From Mobula hypostoma (Eukaryota): 64,000 nucleotides of DNA. The stretch lies in NCBI RefSeq assembly GCF_963921235.1, contig NC_086097.1, forward strand, positions 248,002,001 through 248,066,000, read 5' to 3'. The position numbers and the translations under genes were made by a program. Within the stretch, counting starts at the first letter, position 1, and each line of letters starts with the position of its first letter. Positions 50,525 through 63,424 of this stretch are shown here, piece by piece. Under the pieces are notes generated by a model. That model saw only the letters and a list, made by a program, of their open reading frames with translations, made no database searches and was not told the origin of the DNA.

Positions 50525-50877
50525 TATGTCTTATGGTCTTAAGGGTGTGCAATTAATGGAAGAGTAATGTGTGTGAGAATTACATTTTTGTTCCATCAGA
50601 GTTAGAATTAAGTTTATTATTATCACTGATATATGTCGTGAAATTTGCTGTTTTGCAGCAGCAGTTCAGCGCAATACATTGAAAAATCACTGTAGGTTAA
50701 ATAAGAAATATATTAAAGAATAAAATAATAGTGTAAAAATAAAGCAAAATCGTGAGGTAGTGCTCCTTGACTTCTTTCTGAAGTCCAGAATCAACGCCTT
50801 GGTCTTACTGATGTTGAATGCAAGGTCATTGTTGTGACAGCACTTAACCTGCTGATCTATCTTACTCCTGTATACTG

Positions 50878-51616
50878 TATATCATGGCAGAATATAGTAT
50901 TAATGGTAAGACTCTTGGCAGTGTGGAGGATCAGAGGGATCTTGGGGTCCGAGTCCATAGGACGCTCAAAGCAGCTGCGCAGGTTGACACTGTGGTTAAG
51001 AAGGCGTATGGTGTACTGGCCTTCATCAATCGTGGAATTGAATTTAGGAGCCAAGAAGTAATGTTGCAGCTATATAGGACCCTGGTCAGACCCCACTTGG
51101 AGTACTGTGCTCAGTTCTGGTCACCTCACTACAGGAAGGATGTGGAAGTCATAGAAAGGGTGCAGAGGAGATTTACAAGGATGTTGCCTGGATTGGAGAG
51201 CATGCCTTATGAAAACAGATTGAGTGAACTCGGCCTTTTCTCCTTGGAGCGACAGAGGATGAGAGGTGACCTGATAGAGGTGTATAAGACGATGAGAGGC
51301 ATTGATCGTGTGATCATTGATCCCAGGGCTGAAATGGTTGCTACAAGAGGGCACAGGTTTAAGGTGCTGGGGAGTAGGTACAGAGGAGATGTCAGGGGTA
51401 AGTTTTTTACTCAGAGAGTGGTGAGTGCGTGGAATGGGCTGCCGGCAACAGTGGAGGCAGATACGAAAGGGTCTTTTAAGAGACTTTTGGATTGGTACAT
51501 GGAGCTTAGAAAACTATAGGGCTATAGGTAAGCCTAGTAATTTCTAAGGTAGGGACATGTTCGGCACAACTTTGTGAGCCGAAGGGCCTGTATTGTGCTG
51601 TAGGGTTTCTATGTTT
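50878..51616 (+). mobile_element. Young CR1 3' fragment
   Basis: ORF 50884-51519 (QRDLGVRV, RPHLEYCAQFWSP, FFTQRVV); tail tttctatgttt. Confidence 0.92.
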
Positions 51617-52247
51617 CCTTGTCATCATCTGAGATTCTGCCGGTAACTGTTGTATCATCAGCAAATATATAAGGTGTCGTTTGGGCTGTGTCTAACCACA
51701 CGGTCGTGAGTGTGGAGAGAGTAGAGCAGCGAGCTGAGCACAAATCCTTCAGGTGGACCTGGGTTGATTGTCAGCACGAAGGAGATGTCATTTCCAATCC
51801 GCTCTGACTGGGGTCTCCTGATGATGCGCTCAAGGATCCAGTGACAGGGGGAGATACAGAGACCCAGCTTTTGAAGCCTGTTGATTCAGTGACCTTGCCC
51901 TGACACCCACAGATTGCTGGAGGGACTCAGCAGGTTAGCCAGCTTCTGTGGAGAGAGGCTGATGAAGGGGCTCTGCCTGAAGCATCAGCTCTATTCCTCC
52001 ATAGATGCTGCTTGATCTGCTGAGTTCCTACTACATTTTTGTATGTTGTTGTGGGTTTCCAGCACTTTCAGAATCTCTTGTTCTGATGTGCACAATATTT
52101 ACACTAAGGAATTTTGTGCATTTGAAACATAATTTAAAATTCCAATCTATTCATTTACTATGGTAGATTTACTGATTTGAAAGACTGTACAATAAAATGT
52201 AACATTTATCAGGTGTAAAACTGCACATTTAACATCAGAGTCTTTGG

Positions 52248-52645
52248 AAGCAACGCACACAAAAGGCTGGTCAGGCAGCATCTGTGGAAATGAATAGTCG
52301 ATGTTTTGGGCCAAGACCCTTTCTCAGGACTGGAAAGAAAGGGGGAAGTTAGCGGAATAAATAGACAGGGATTGGGAAGGAGGATAATTAGAAGGTGATA
52401 GGTGAAGCCAGGTGGGTCTGAAAGGTAAAGAGCTGGAACGGAAGGAATCTGATAGGAGAAGAGAGTGCACACAGGAGAAAGGGAAGCAGGCAGGGACCCA
52501 GGAGGTGGTGATGTGCAGCTGAGAGGAGATAAGAGGCGAGAGAGGGTATTGAAGAAGAAGGCAGGGGAGGGAAAATGTTTTTAGGCGAAGGAGAAATCAA
52601 TATTCATGCCATCGGGTTGGAGGCTAGCTACCCAGAAGGAATATA
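52248..52645 (-). mobile_element. PLE terminal-repeat fragment
   Basis: Colinear with 42849-43305; degenerate hammerhead at ~52295-52332. Confidence 0.75.
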
Positions 52646-52911
52646 AGGAGAAGGTTCAAAGGAGGTTCATGAAACTGATTTCAGGATTGAAAGCCTTGTC
52701 ATATGGGCCTGTACTCACTGGAATTCAGAATAAAGAGAGGGATCTTAGTGAAACCTATCAAATGTTGAAAGGCCTCCATAGAGTGGATGTGGAGAGGATG
52801 TTTCCTGTGGTGGGAGAGTCTAAGGCAAGAGCACACAGCCTTAGAATAGAGGGGTGTCCTTTTAGAACAGAGATGAGGAGGAATTTCTTTAGCCAGACAG
52901 TGGTGAATCTT

Positions 52912-54053
52912 GTGTAGCTTTGATTTTATGCTTGGGGTCATTGTTTTGCTGGAAGACAAATCTTCTCCCAAGTTGCAGTTCTCTTGCAGACTGCGTCAAG
53001 TTTTTCCTCTAGGATTTCCCTGTATTCTGCTGCATTTATTTTATCCTGTACCTTCACAAGCCTTCCAGGGCCTGCCGCAGTGAAGCATCCCCACAGCATG
53101 ATGCAGCCACCTCCATGCTTTACGGTAGGGATGGTCTGCTTTTTGATGATGTGCCATGTTTGTCTTACACCAAACATAACGTTTAGTTTGATGACATAGA
53201 AGCTCAGTTTTTGTTTCATCTGACCATAGAACCTTCTTCCCGCTGACTTCTGGCAAACTCTGGCCGAGATTTCATGTGAGTTTTTTTCAACAGTGGCTTT
53301 CTTTTTGCCACTGTCCCATAAAGCTGCAACTGGTGACGCACGCGTGCGGCAGTTGTTGTTTGCACAGTCTCTTCCCATCTCAGCCACCGAAGCTTGTAAC
53401 TTCTCCTGAGTTATCACAGGTCTCTTGGTGGCCTCCCGCACCAGTCCCCTTCTTGCACGATCACTCAGCTTTTGAGGACGGCCTGCTCTAGGCAGATTTA
53501 TAGCTGTGCTATAATCTTCCCATTTCTATGTGATAGAATTAAATGTATTCAAAGGGGTATTCAGTGACTTGGGACACTTTCTTATATCCATCTACTAACT
53601 TGTGCTTTTCAATAACCTTCTCGTGGAGCTGCTTGGAGTGTTGTTTTGTCTTCGGGGTGTAGTTTTTGCTAGGATACTGACTCACCAGCAGTTGGCCCTT
53701 CCAGATTCAGGGGTATTTTACTACAATCAATTGAAACACCTTGACTGCACACAGGTCTCCAAAAACAGATCTCCATTTAACTAATTATGTGACTTCTAAA
53801 ACCAATTGGCTACACAAGTAATGATTTGGTGTGTCATATTAAAGTGGGGCTGAATATTTATGCAATCAATTGTTTTATATTTGTAATTAATTTAGATCAC
53901 TTTGTAGAGATCAGTTTTCATTTTGACACAAAGGTGTCTTTCTGTTGATCAGTGTCAAAAAACCCAAATTAAATCCACTGTGATTCAATGTTGTAATTAA
54001 ACATGAAACTTATGGGTTGGGGGGGGGAGGGTGAATTCTTTTTATAGGCATTG
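52912..54053 (-). mobile_element. Truncated Tc1 transposon, same family as 7819-9587
   Basis: 5' TIR at ~53830-54053; transposase remnants VLWSDETK and PTVKHGGGCIMLWGCF; 3' end and second TIR missing. Confidence 0.9.
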
Positions 54054-54316
54054 AATGTGCTTAAGCTTTTGCACAGCACTGTACATACAACCAGTCTACG
54101 TACATAAGCTAATTGTATGTACATACAGCATGGTCAACAATTACTTGTTTTATTGGATTGCTTTTATGTTTAAATTTATTGTGTTCTTTATATTTATTGT
54201 GATTTTTTTTATGTTGCTTCGGATCCAGAAGAACAATTGTGCTTCTTTACACCTGTGTATTGAATAGACAATCTTGATTCTTGATAATGATATACCCTTC
54301 CTTCTTTACGGAGCAG

Positions 54317-54446
54317 GATAACGAACACTGTGCAAGGCCTCGGCTCGACATCATCCACCATTTGCCTGATACATATGAGGAGATCTCTTCTGATGCTCTG
54401 TCTGTGCGGGGCTTCCAGGAGAACGAATGCAGAGATTACAGCTTGG
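54317..54446 (+). CDS. VPS41: VPS41 exon G (130 nt, phase 0/1): DNEHCARPRLDIIHHLPDTYEEISSDALSVRGFQENECRDYSL
   Basis: Acceptor ctttacggagcag, donor gtgaga; matches human EREYCARPRLDIIQPLSETCEEISSDALTVRGFQENECRDYHL. Confidence 0.96.
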
Positions 54447-55521
54447 GTGAGAAATTGGCAGTAATGTTACCTGTATGGTGAAGGTGGGTGTAGACTAATA
54501 ATTCATCCAGTGAATGCAGATTTTATTTTATCCCCTCACAGTAAGCAGACAGACAACATTTAGAGTTGGAGGGCTGTGTCTGTGGGTGGGTAGCTGATTG
54601 GGAGGGAAGAACGTAGCTTGTTTTGCTGTTGCTGTTTTGTCACTAGTTGTGCTCTGTTTTGTTGTGTTCTGTGTTGTTCTGCTGAGCTCTGTGGGTATGG
54701 TATGTTGGCCCAGAATGTATGGTCACCAATGTTCCTGCCTTTTGCTGTGTGCACCAACCATTGCTTTAAGCAGAAAATTTTTATATGGCCTGAAAACTTT
54801 AAATGTTTTGTTTTTGTGTAATATGTGCACTATGAATATTTAGAATTAAAATTGAAAGGACACATACTTTTGATTTTATTTACCAATTGAATGGTTCAAT
54901 CAAATACAGTACAACAAAGAAAATCTTACACATTTCGTAAACTTTTTCCAACTTCACGACAACAAGGGTTATGTGCGTGGGAGCATTGCAGTTACTGTGC
55001 AGACATGTACCTGCACAGCTTAGAGAGAACAGTGGTGGTGACACTGATGGGCTCCTTCCAGCACATATTTGGACTCTGTTGTTTGTAAACACAAATGATG
55101 TATTTCACTGGATATTTCCATATTCATGTGATAGATGCATGAATCTGAATTTGCGTATCAAATTGCAGATTGGTATTTGAAGGAAGTCCTTCTCATGCCA
55201 GACCTTCTGTAAGCTACACACTTACACTAGAATTCTTCTCCAGAATGGACGAAGAGCTGAAGTTGCTGAATATTTATCTAGCAATACCAAACCCCAGTAC
55301 AATGATTGAGAGCAGTTATGTAGTCAAATTCATATTGAGATTTATTTATCATCCTTCAGAACCCAGTGTGGTTTTCTGCTGCTTTGGCCCATCCACTTCC
55401 AGGTTTGATGTGTTGTGCATTCAGAGATGCTCTTCTGCTATCCACTGTTGTTACATAGAAACATAGAAAATAGGTGCAGGAGTAGGCCATTCGGCCCTTC
55501 GAACCTGCACCGCCGTTCAGT

Positions 55522-55880
55522 ATGATCCTCCACACTACCAAGTATTCTGCCATTTACTTTGTACTCTGCCTTGGAGTTTGTCCTTCCAAAGTGTACCACC
55601 TCACACTTCTCCGGGTTGAACTCCATCTGCCACTTCTCAGCCCACTTCTGCATCCTATCAATGTCTCTCTGCAATCTTTGACAATCCTCTACGCTATCTA
55701 CAACCCACCAACCTTTGTGTCGTCTGCAAACTTGCCAACCCACCCTTCTACCCCCACATCCAGGTTGTTAATAAAAATCACGAAAAGTAGAGGTCCCAGA
55801 ACAGATCCTTGTGGGACACCACTAGTCACAATCCTCCAATCTGAATGTACTCCCTCCACCACGACCCTCTGCCTTCTGCA
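55522..55880 (-). mobile_element. CR1 RT fragment
   Basis: [13 protein letters not shown]...KFADDTK on the minus strand. Confidence 0.88.
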
Positions 55881-56770
55881 TAAATAAATCAGAATCTGCA
55901 TCAAGGCAAGGTCTCATAAAGAGAGCAAACTTACTCTTCCTGAGAGCAAAGTGGATTTTTATTATAATTTTGTGGTCATTGTTAATTAATGACTTTTTTT
56001 TTAAATTCAAAGTTCAGACTTCGAAGTACATTTATTAGGAGACTATGCATAGCATGTACAGCCTTGAGATTTGTGTCCCTACAGGCAGCCAGAGAACATA
56101 GAAACCCAATAGAACCCATTGAAAAAGAAGACGGTCAAACACAAAATGTGCAGAAAAAGAAACATATTGTGCAAACATTCTAAGGTGGGAGGGTGAACAA
56201 CCAGAGGTCGTGGTCCATGTAGGTACCAACGACATGGGTGGGGAGAGTGACGAGGTTCTACAAAGTGAGTTCAGGAAGTTAGGTGCTAAGCGAAAGAGAA
56301 GACTGTCAAACACACAATGTACAGAGGAAAAAAAACTAATCATGCAAACAATAAAAGTAAGCAAATAACAATTAGAACTGAAGTTCATGAAAGTGAGTCA
56401 AAAGTCACGAAGCCGATCACAGCCGATCCGGAAGTCTGTTAGTTGCACTTCAGTACGAGTCAAGTAAATTCCACAATTCTTAATTTAAATTCCAGAGCCA
56501 CCATGGTGGGATTTGAACTCAAGTGTTTGAATGTGAGTCCAGGGCTCTGAACACAGTAGCCCTTCGCCAGTGAAAGGCGGCCAACCACACAAATCACCCT
56601 GCTACTTGCTACACGCTTTGCAGAACTATCTGCAGTTCCCAACAGCAGCCCTGATGGCCAACTCAGAGCAGGGAAAACCAAAATAAAAACAAATCTAATG
56701 ACATGCTATGGGAACAAAGTACATTCAGTAACCACTTCACTAGGCACACCTGTACACCTGATCATTAATT

Positions 56771-57365
56771 AGGGTAGTTAAGAAAGTTTATGGGGTGTTA
56801 GCTTTCATAAGTCGAGGGATAGAGTTTAAGAGTCACGATGTAATGATGCAGCTCTATAAAACTCTGGTTAGGCCACACTTGGAGTACTGTGTCCAGTTCT
56901 GGTCGCCTCACTATAGGAAGGATGTGGAAGCATTGGAAAGGGTACAGAGGAGATTTACCAGGATGCTGCCTGGTTTAGAGAGTATGCATTATGATCAGAG
57001 ATTAAGGGAGCTAAGGCTTTACTCTTTGGAGAGAAGGAGGATGAGAGGAGACATGATAGAGGTGTACAAGATAATAAGAGGAATAGATAGAGTGGATAGC
57101 CAGCGCCTCTTCCCCAGGGCACCACTGCTCAATACAAGAGAACATGACTTTAAGGTAAGGGGTGGGAAGTTCAAGGGGGATATTAGAGGAAGGTTTTTTA
57201 CTCAGAGAGTGGTTGGTACGTGGAATGCACTGCCTGAGTCAGTGGTGGAGGCAGATACACCAGTGAAGTTTAAGAGACTACTGGACAGGTATATGGAGGA
57301 ATTTAAGGTGGGGGGCTTATATGGGAGGTAGGGTTTGAGGGTCGGCACAACATTGTGGGCCGAAG
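56771..57365 (+). mobile_element. CR1 3' fragment
   Basis: ORF 56795-57331 with RPHLEYCVQFWSP and FFTQRVV. Confidence 0.9.
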
Positions 57366-57384
57366 GAGGGGGAAATCTCACTCA

Positions 57385-58597
57385 CCTCAATATCCACAGA
57401 TTTACTGGCTAAAAAAGATTCCTTACCTCTGTTCTAAGATTGTCCCTCAATTTTGAGGCTGTGCTCTCTAGTTCTGGATGCCCCCACCATAGGAAACATC
57501 TCTCCACATCCACTTTATCTAGTCCTTTCAACATTTGGTAGGTTTCAATGAGATCCCACTGCATTCTTCTAAATTCCAGTGAATACAGGCCCAAAGCTGC
57601 CAAACGCTCCTCATATGTTAACCCCTTCATTCCCAGAATCATCCTCATGAACCTCCTCTGGACTCTCTCCAATGACAACACGTCTTTTCTGAGATATGGG
57701 GCCCAAAACTGTTGACAAAAATGCAGCCTGACTAGTGTCTTATAAAGCCTCAGCATTATCTCCTTGCTTTTATATTCTATTCCCCTTGAAATAAATGCTA
57801 ACTTTGCATTTGCCTTCTTTATCACAAACTCAACCTGTAAATTAACCTTCTGGGAATCTTGCATGAGGACCCCCAAGTCCCTCTGCACCTCTGATATTTG
57901 AACCTTCTCCTCACTTAGATAATAGTCCGCACCATTGTTCCTTTTACCAAAATGCATTATCATACATTTTCCAACACTGTATTCCACCTGCCATTTTTTT
58001 GCCCATTCTTCCAATTTGTCTAAGTCCTGCTGCAATCGCATTGCTTCCTCAGCACTACCTACCCCTCCACCTATCTTTGTATCATCCACAAACTTTGCCA
58101 CAAAGCCATCAATTCCATTATCTAAATCACTGACAAAAAATGTGAAAAGTAGCAGTCCCAATACTGACCCCTGAGGAACTCCACTAGTCACTGGCAGCAA
58201 ATCAGAAAAGGCTCCTTTTATACCCACTTGTTGCCTCCTGCCTGTCAGCCATTCCTCTATCCATGCCAGTGTCTCTCCTGTAACGCCATAGGATTTTATC
58301 TTGTTAAGCAGCCTTGTGTGTGGCACCTTATCAAATGCCTTCTGAAAATCCAAGTAAATTACATCTACTTCCTCTTCTTTGTCCACCCTGCTTGCTACTT
58401 CCTCGAAGAGCCCTAACAGACTTTGTCAGGTAAGATTTCCCTTCACAGAAACCATGCTGGTTTTGACTCATTTTATCATTAGTCTCCAAGTACCCTGAAA
58501 TCTCGTCCTTAATAATAGACTCCAACACTTTCCCAACCACTGAGGTTAGGCTAACTTGCCTGTAGTTTCCTTTCTTTTGCCTTCCTCCCTTCTTAAA
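57385..58597 (-). mobile_element. CR1 RT fragment
   Basis: ORF 57409-58386 with DFQKAFDKVPH, PQGSVLG and KFVDDTK. Confidence 0.92.
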
Positions 58598-59155
58598 GAG
58601 AACTGTTCCCGCAACCTATGGATGGACTCATTTTCAAGCACTCTTCATCTCAAGTTCTCGATATTTGTTGTTATTATTTCTTTTCTTTTGTATTTGCAGT
58701 TTGCTGTCTTTTGCACACTGGTTATTTGTCTGTCCAGTTGGGTGAGGTCTTTTCTTGGATTTACTGAGTTTGCCCACAAGAAAATATATCTCAATATATG
58801 GTGATCTATGTGTACTTTAATAAATTTACTTTGAACTTTGTACCTCCTTCCCGATGACAGCAGCGAGAAGGGAGCATAGCCTTGGATGGTGGGGTTCTGT
58901 GATGATGGATGTTGCTTTCTTACAACAGCGCTCCTTGTAGATGTGCCCAGTGGTGGGGAGGGGTTTGATTACGATGGACTGGGCTGTATCCACCACCTTC
59001 TGTCGGCTTTTCTGTCCTTGGGCATTGGTTTCTCCATACTGGGCCATGATACAACCAGTGAGGATACTCCCCACTGTGCATCTCTCGAAGTTTCTGCATA
59101 TCTGTATGGTTTAAGATAACATAGAGAGTGTTCCCCTCTCTGCTCTCTCATACAG

Positions 59156-59271
59156 AGCACTCTGATGGTGAATCACTATTTTACATCATCAGTCCAAGGG
59201 ACATTGTAGTGGCAAAGGAACGGGACCAGGACGACCACATTGAATGGCTGCTGGAGAAGAAGAAGTATGAA
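59156..59271 (+). CDS. VPS41: VPS41 exon H (116 nt, phase 1/0): (E)HSDGESLFYIISPRDIVVAKERDQDDHIEWLLEKKKYE
   Basis: Acceptor ctctcatacag, donor gtaagt; matches human EYSEGESLFYIVSPRDVVVAKERDQDDHIDWLLEKKKYE. Confidence 0.97.
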
Positions 59272-59414
59272 GTAAGTTTTCTTGTTCTCTCTGTATGATT
59301 ATTTATTTTAATTCTTTATATTTCTTTTGAGGTGCAGCACTTTAACAGGCCCCCCGGCGCAATAGGCCTGCACCTCCAAATCGTACCCACGTGACCAACT
59401 CAGCTACTATACTT

Positions 59415-60012
59415 TACCACTTTGTCATACACCTTTGCTCCATCCGTCACAAAGGTGGGCTTTACTGGTGGCCTCCCATTTTAATTCTACCTTCCATTCC
59501 TATTCCAATATGCCTTCTTTGCTGCAATGATGAGGCCACCATCAGATTGGAGGGACAGCAGCTCACATTCCGTCTGTGTAGTCTCTAACCTGATGTCATG
59601 AACATCGATTTTTCTAATTTCCCGTTATTTCCCTCCCTTCAGCTTATCTTTCCCTTTCTCCATTCCCCTTTCTGGCTCCCCTCTAACCCTTTCACTTCTC
59701 CTCACCTACCTATCATCTCCTTCTGGTCCCCCTCCTTCCCTTTCTCCCTTGTTCCACTCTCCAATCTATTAGATTTCTTCTTATTCAGCCCTTTGCCTTT
59801 TCGGCTATCCCCTCACAGCTTCTCACTTCGTCCACCTTCCCCACCCACATACCTTCTTCCTCACCTGGTCTCACCTGTTATCTATCACCTGCCAATTTAT
59901 CCTCCTTTCCCTTCCCCCATCCCCTTATTCTGGCCCCTTTCCTTACCAGTCCTGATGTGGGATTTCAGCCTGAAATGTCGGCGGTTTATTTTTCTCCGTA
60001 CCTGCTGAGTTT
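59415..60012 (+). mobile_element. PLE 3' fragment (GIY-YIG C-terminus plus terminal repeat)
   Basis: DEATIRLEGQQLTFRLCSL, a pyrimidine-rich tract and a degenerate hammerhead at ~59947-59985. Confidence 0.75.
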
Positions 60013-60231
60013 GCTAACCTACTAACCCGTACGTGTTTAGAAAGTGGGGAGGAAACCAGAACCCCCAGAGGAAGTTTATGCGGTCCCGGGTAGAACGTAC
60101 ACACTCCTTGCGGACAGCGGCAGGAATTGAACCCGTGTCTCTGGTGCTGTATCACCCCAGTTAATGATCGTGCCATCTTTAAAACTTTATTCCAAAAAGG
60201 TGTTTAAATTTTGTTTCGTCTTCTGTTCTAG

Positions 60232-60288
60232 GAAGCCATGATGGCAGCTGAAATCAGCCAGAAGACGATAAAAAGACATAACATACTG
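60232..60288 (+). CDS. VPS41: VPS41 exon I (57 nt): EAMMAAEISQKTIKRHNIL
   Basis: Acceptor ttctgttctag, donor gtaact; matches human EALMAAEISQKNIKRHKIL. Confidence 0.95.
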
Positions 60289-60532
60289 GTAACTATAGCA
60301 CATAGATTATTATGATTAATGATGTGTTTTGGCCCAGTTTCAAAGCCAGAACTTCCCTAAGATTTTAAGAAATGTATCCAATACTTGAGAAATTATGCAA
60401 TGACTTGACAACAGGCATTGAAGAGAATATTTCAAAATTGACCGTTTGTAAATCATAGAATTATTGCAATGTTAAATCACACAATTTAAATCAATATCTT
60501 CACAGCTGCAGAGACCGGTAGATTCAGCCAGC

Positions 60533-61281
60533 ATGGTGGCCGATTAGGAGAAGGGGAGGTGCAACGAGACCTGGGTGTCATTATACACCAGTCATTGAAA
60601 ATGGGCATGTAGGTACAGCAGGCGGTGAAAAAGGCGAATGGGATGTTGGCGTTCATAGCAAGAGGATTCGAGTACAGGAGCAGGGAGGTTCTACTGCAGT
60701 TGTACAAGGCCTTGGTGAGACCACAACTGGAGTATTATGTGCAGTTTTGGTCCCCTAATCTGAAGACATTCTTGCCATAGAGGGAGTGCAAAGAAGGTTC
60801 ACCAGATTGATTCCTGGGATGGCAGGACTTTCATATGATGAAAGGCTGGATCGACTAGGCTTATACTCGTTGGAATTTGGAAGATTGAGGGGGGATCTTA
60901 TTGAAGTGTATAAAATCCTAAAGGGATTGGACGGGCTGGATGCAGGAAGATTGTTCCCGATGTTGGGGAAGTCCAGAACGAGGGGTCGCAGTTTGAGGAT
61001 AAAGGGGAAGCCTTTTAGGACCAAGATGAGGAAAAACTTCTTCACACAGAGAGTGGTGAATCTGTGGAATTCTCTGCCACAGGAAACAGTTGAGGCCAGT
61101 TCATTGGCTATATTTAAAAGGGAGTTAGATATGGCCCTTTTGGCTAAAGGGATCAGGGGGTATGGAGGGAAGGCTGGTACAGGGTTCTGAGTTGGATATC
61201 AGCCATGATCATAATAAATGGTGGTGCAGGCTCGGAGGGCCGAATGGCCTACTCCTGCACCTATTTTCTATGTTTCTATGT
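60533..61281 (+). mobile_element. CR1 3' fragment
   Basis: QRDLGV..., LGLYSLEFGRLRGDLIE, FFTQRVVNLWNSLP; tail (ttctatgt)n. Confidence 0.9.
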
Positions 61282-61489
61282 AACCCTAGGTAATCTCTCA
61301 GGTAAGAACATGTTCGGCACAGCTTTGTGGGCTGAAGGGCCTGTATTGTGCTGTAGGTTTTCTGTGTTTCTAATACTCCAAGTGTGGTCTCACGAGTGCC
61401 TTATAGAGCCTCAAGATCACATACCTGCTCTTATATTCTATACCTCTCGAAATGAATGCCCTCATAGATGAGGTTTTTAAGATGGTGGT

Positions 61490-62665
61490 CATGCCCGGAC
61501 TAGATGGGTGATCACCAGGAGAAGTGAAGGGAGTAAGCAGTTAGTGCAGGATTCCCCTGTGGCCTGTCGCCTCAGAAACAAGCGTGTCCCATCTGATACC
61601 GTTTGGGATGGGGAGGGGGGTGTGTGGTAGAAATGACCCATCAGGGCAGAGCAGCTGCAGCCGGGCCAGTGGCTCTGAGGCTCAGCAGGCAAAGTTAAAG
61701 TCAGGTGGAGCAAGAGTGCGAGGAGACTCGGTAGTTGCGGGACGGACAGGAGATTCTGCAGCTGCAAAGAAAGCCGCCAGGACAGTGTGTTGCCTCTCCG
61801 GTGCTGGGGTCCAGGATGCCTCAGTGTGGCTCATGGGGTGGGGGTGAGCAGCCAGGGGTTGTGGTGCACACTGACACCAACGACATAGCTCGAAAAGGGG
61901 ATGTGGTCCTGCACAGTGAGCGTAGGGAGTCAGGGCTGAGACTGAAGGGCAGGATCTCAGGGTAGTAACCTCTGGATCACTCCCAGTGCCACCCGCTCGT
62001 CAGGGCAGCAATGGTGTGATAGCACAGATGACTGAGAGGCTGCGGATCTGGTGCAAGGAACAGGGTTTCAGATTTCCAGATCATTGGGATCTTGATGGGG
62101 GAGGTATGACCTGTACAAAAAGGACAGGTTACACCTGAACCCAAGAGGGACAATATCCTTATGGGCAGGTTTGCTAGAGCTGTTGGGGAGGGTTTAAACT
62201 AATTTGGCAAGGGGATGGGAACAAGTGTGATAGGGGCTGAAGCTGGGGCAGTTGGTATACAAGTAAATGCAGTGTGCAGTGAGAATGTGAGGAAGGACTG
62301 GCAAATGAAAGGGCAAAATTACTGTCAGTGCATTGAGTTGTAGTGTAACATGGGGGCAAAAGGGTGATGGATACAGGACTGAAGGTGTTATATTTGAATG
62401 ACACAGTATACCAAATAAGGCAGATGATCTTGTAGTGCGGTTGGAGATTGACAGGTAGAACGTTGTGGACATCACTGAGCCGTGGCTGGAAGAAGATCAT
62501 CATTGGAAGCTCAACATCTAAGGTTACACATTCTATTGAGAGGACAGGCAAACAGGCAGAGGGGATGAGGTGGTACAGTTGGTAAAAAATGAAATCTAAT
62601 CCTTAGAAGGAGGTGACATAGGATCGACAGGATCCTTGTGGGTAGAATTAAGAAACTGCAAGGGT
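61490..62665 (+). mobile_element. CR1 5' fragment (ORF1 and start of APE), decayed
   Basis: Homologous to 13270-14000 and 38375-39090. Confidence 0.75.
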
Positions 62666-63424
62666 ATCCTATCCATGTACTGATCTAAATTTCTCTTAAA
62701 TATTGAAATCAACCCACATTCACCACTTGCTTTGGCAGCTCGTTCCACACTCTCATCACCTCCTGAGTGAAGACGTTCCCCCTTATGTTCCCCTTAAACA
62801 TTTCACCTTTCACCCTTAACCCATGAATTCTAGTTCTAGTCTCACCCAAACTCAGTGGCGCCTGCTTACTGTTACCCTATCTATACCCCTCACCATTTTG
62901 TATACCTATGCAACTTTTCCCTGTAGCTCAGGTCCTCAAGTCCTGGCAACACCTGTGACAAATCAAGGAAGAACAATATTTTACCTCTGGTCACCACAAT
63001 CAGCTACAATTAAGGAGACCCAGCAGTTAAAAATTTAAAGAGGATTTGAAAGTTAGTGGTACATACATAGTTAACGGGGAGGTTCCAGACAAAGACCAAT
63101 CCAAACAAGACCTCAGTGGTAGAGCTGGCAGAAGATGACGACACATCACAACGGCAGTGGGGGTGGCGGGGGAGGCTGCAGCAGTGGAAGTCCCCAGTCA
63201 TCCTGCACGCCATGTCACTGGATCTTACCCTGTCTCTCAAGGACCGTGTGATGGTGGCCCATGGATTAGCTGCTCCACATGACAAAGTCACGCATACGTG
63301 TTCTCCATCGAGGGCATCCACCCTAATATCCCAGTTATATAGACCCTGGATTGGCCACCATAGCCACCTGAGGAGCCAGCAATAAACAACCCCTTGGGAG
63401 AAGGCAGAAACTCCTCTCGGGCTT

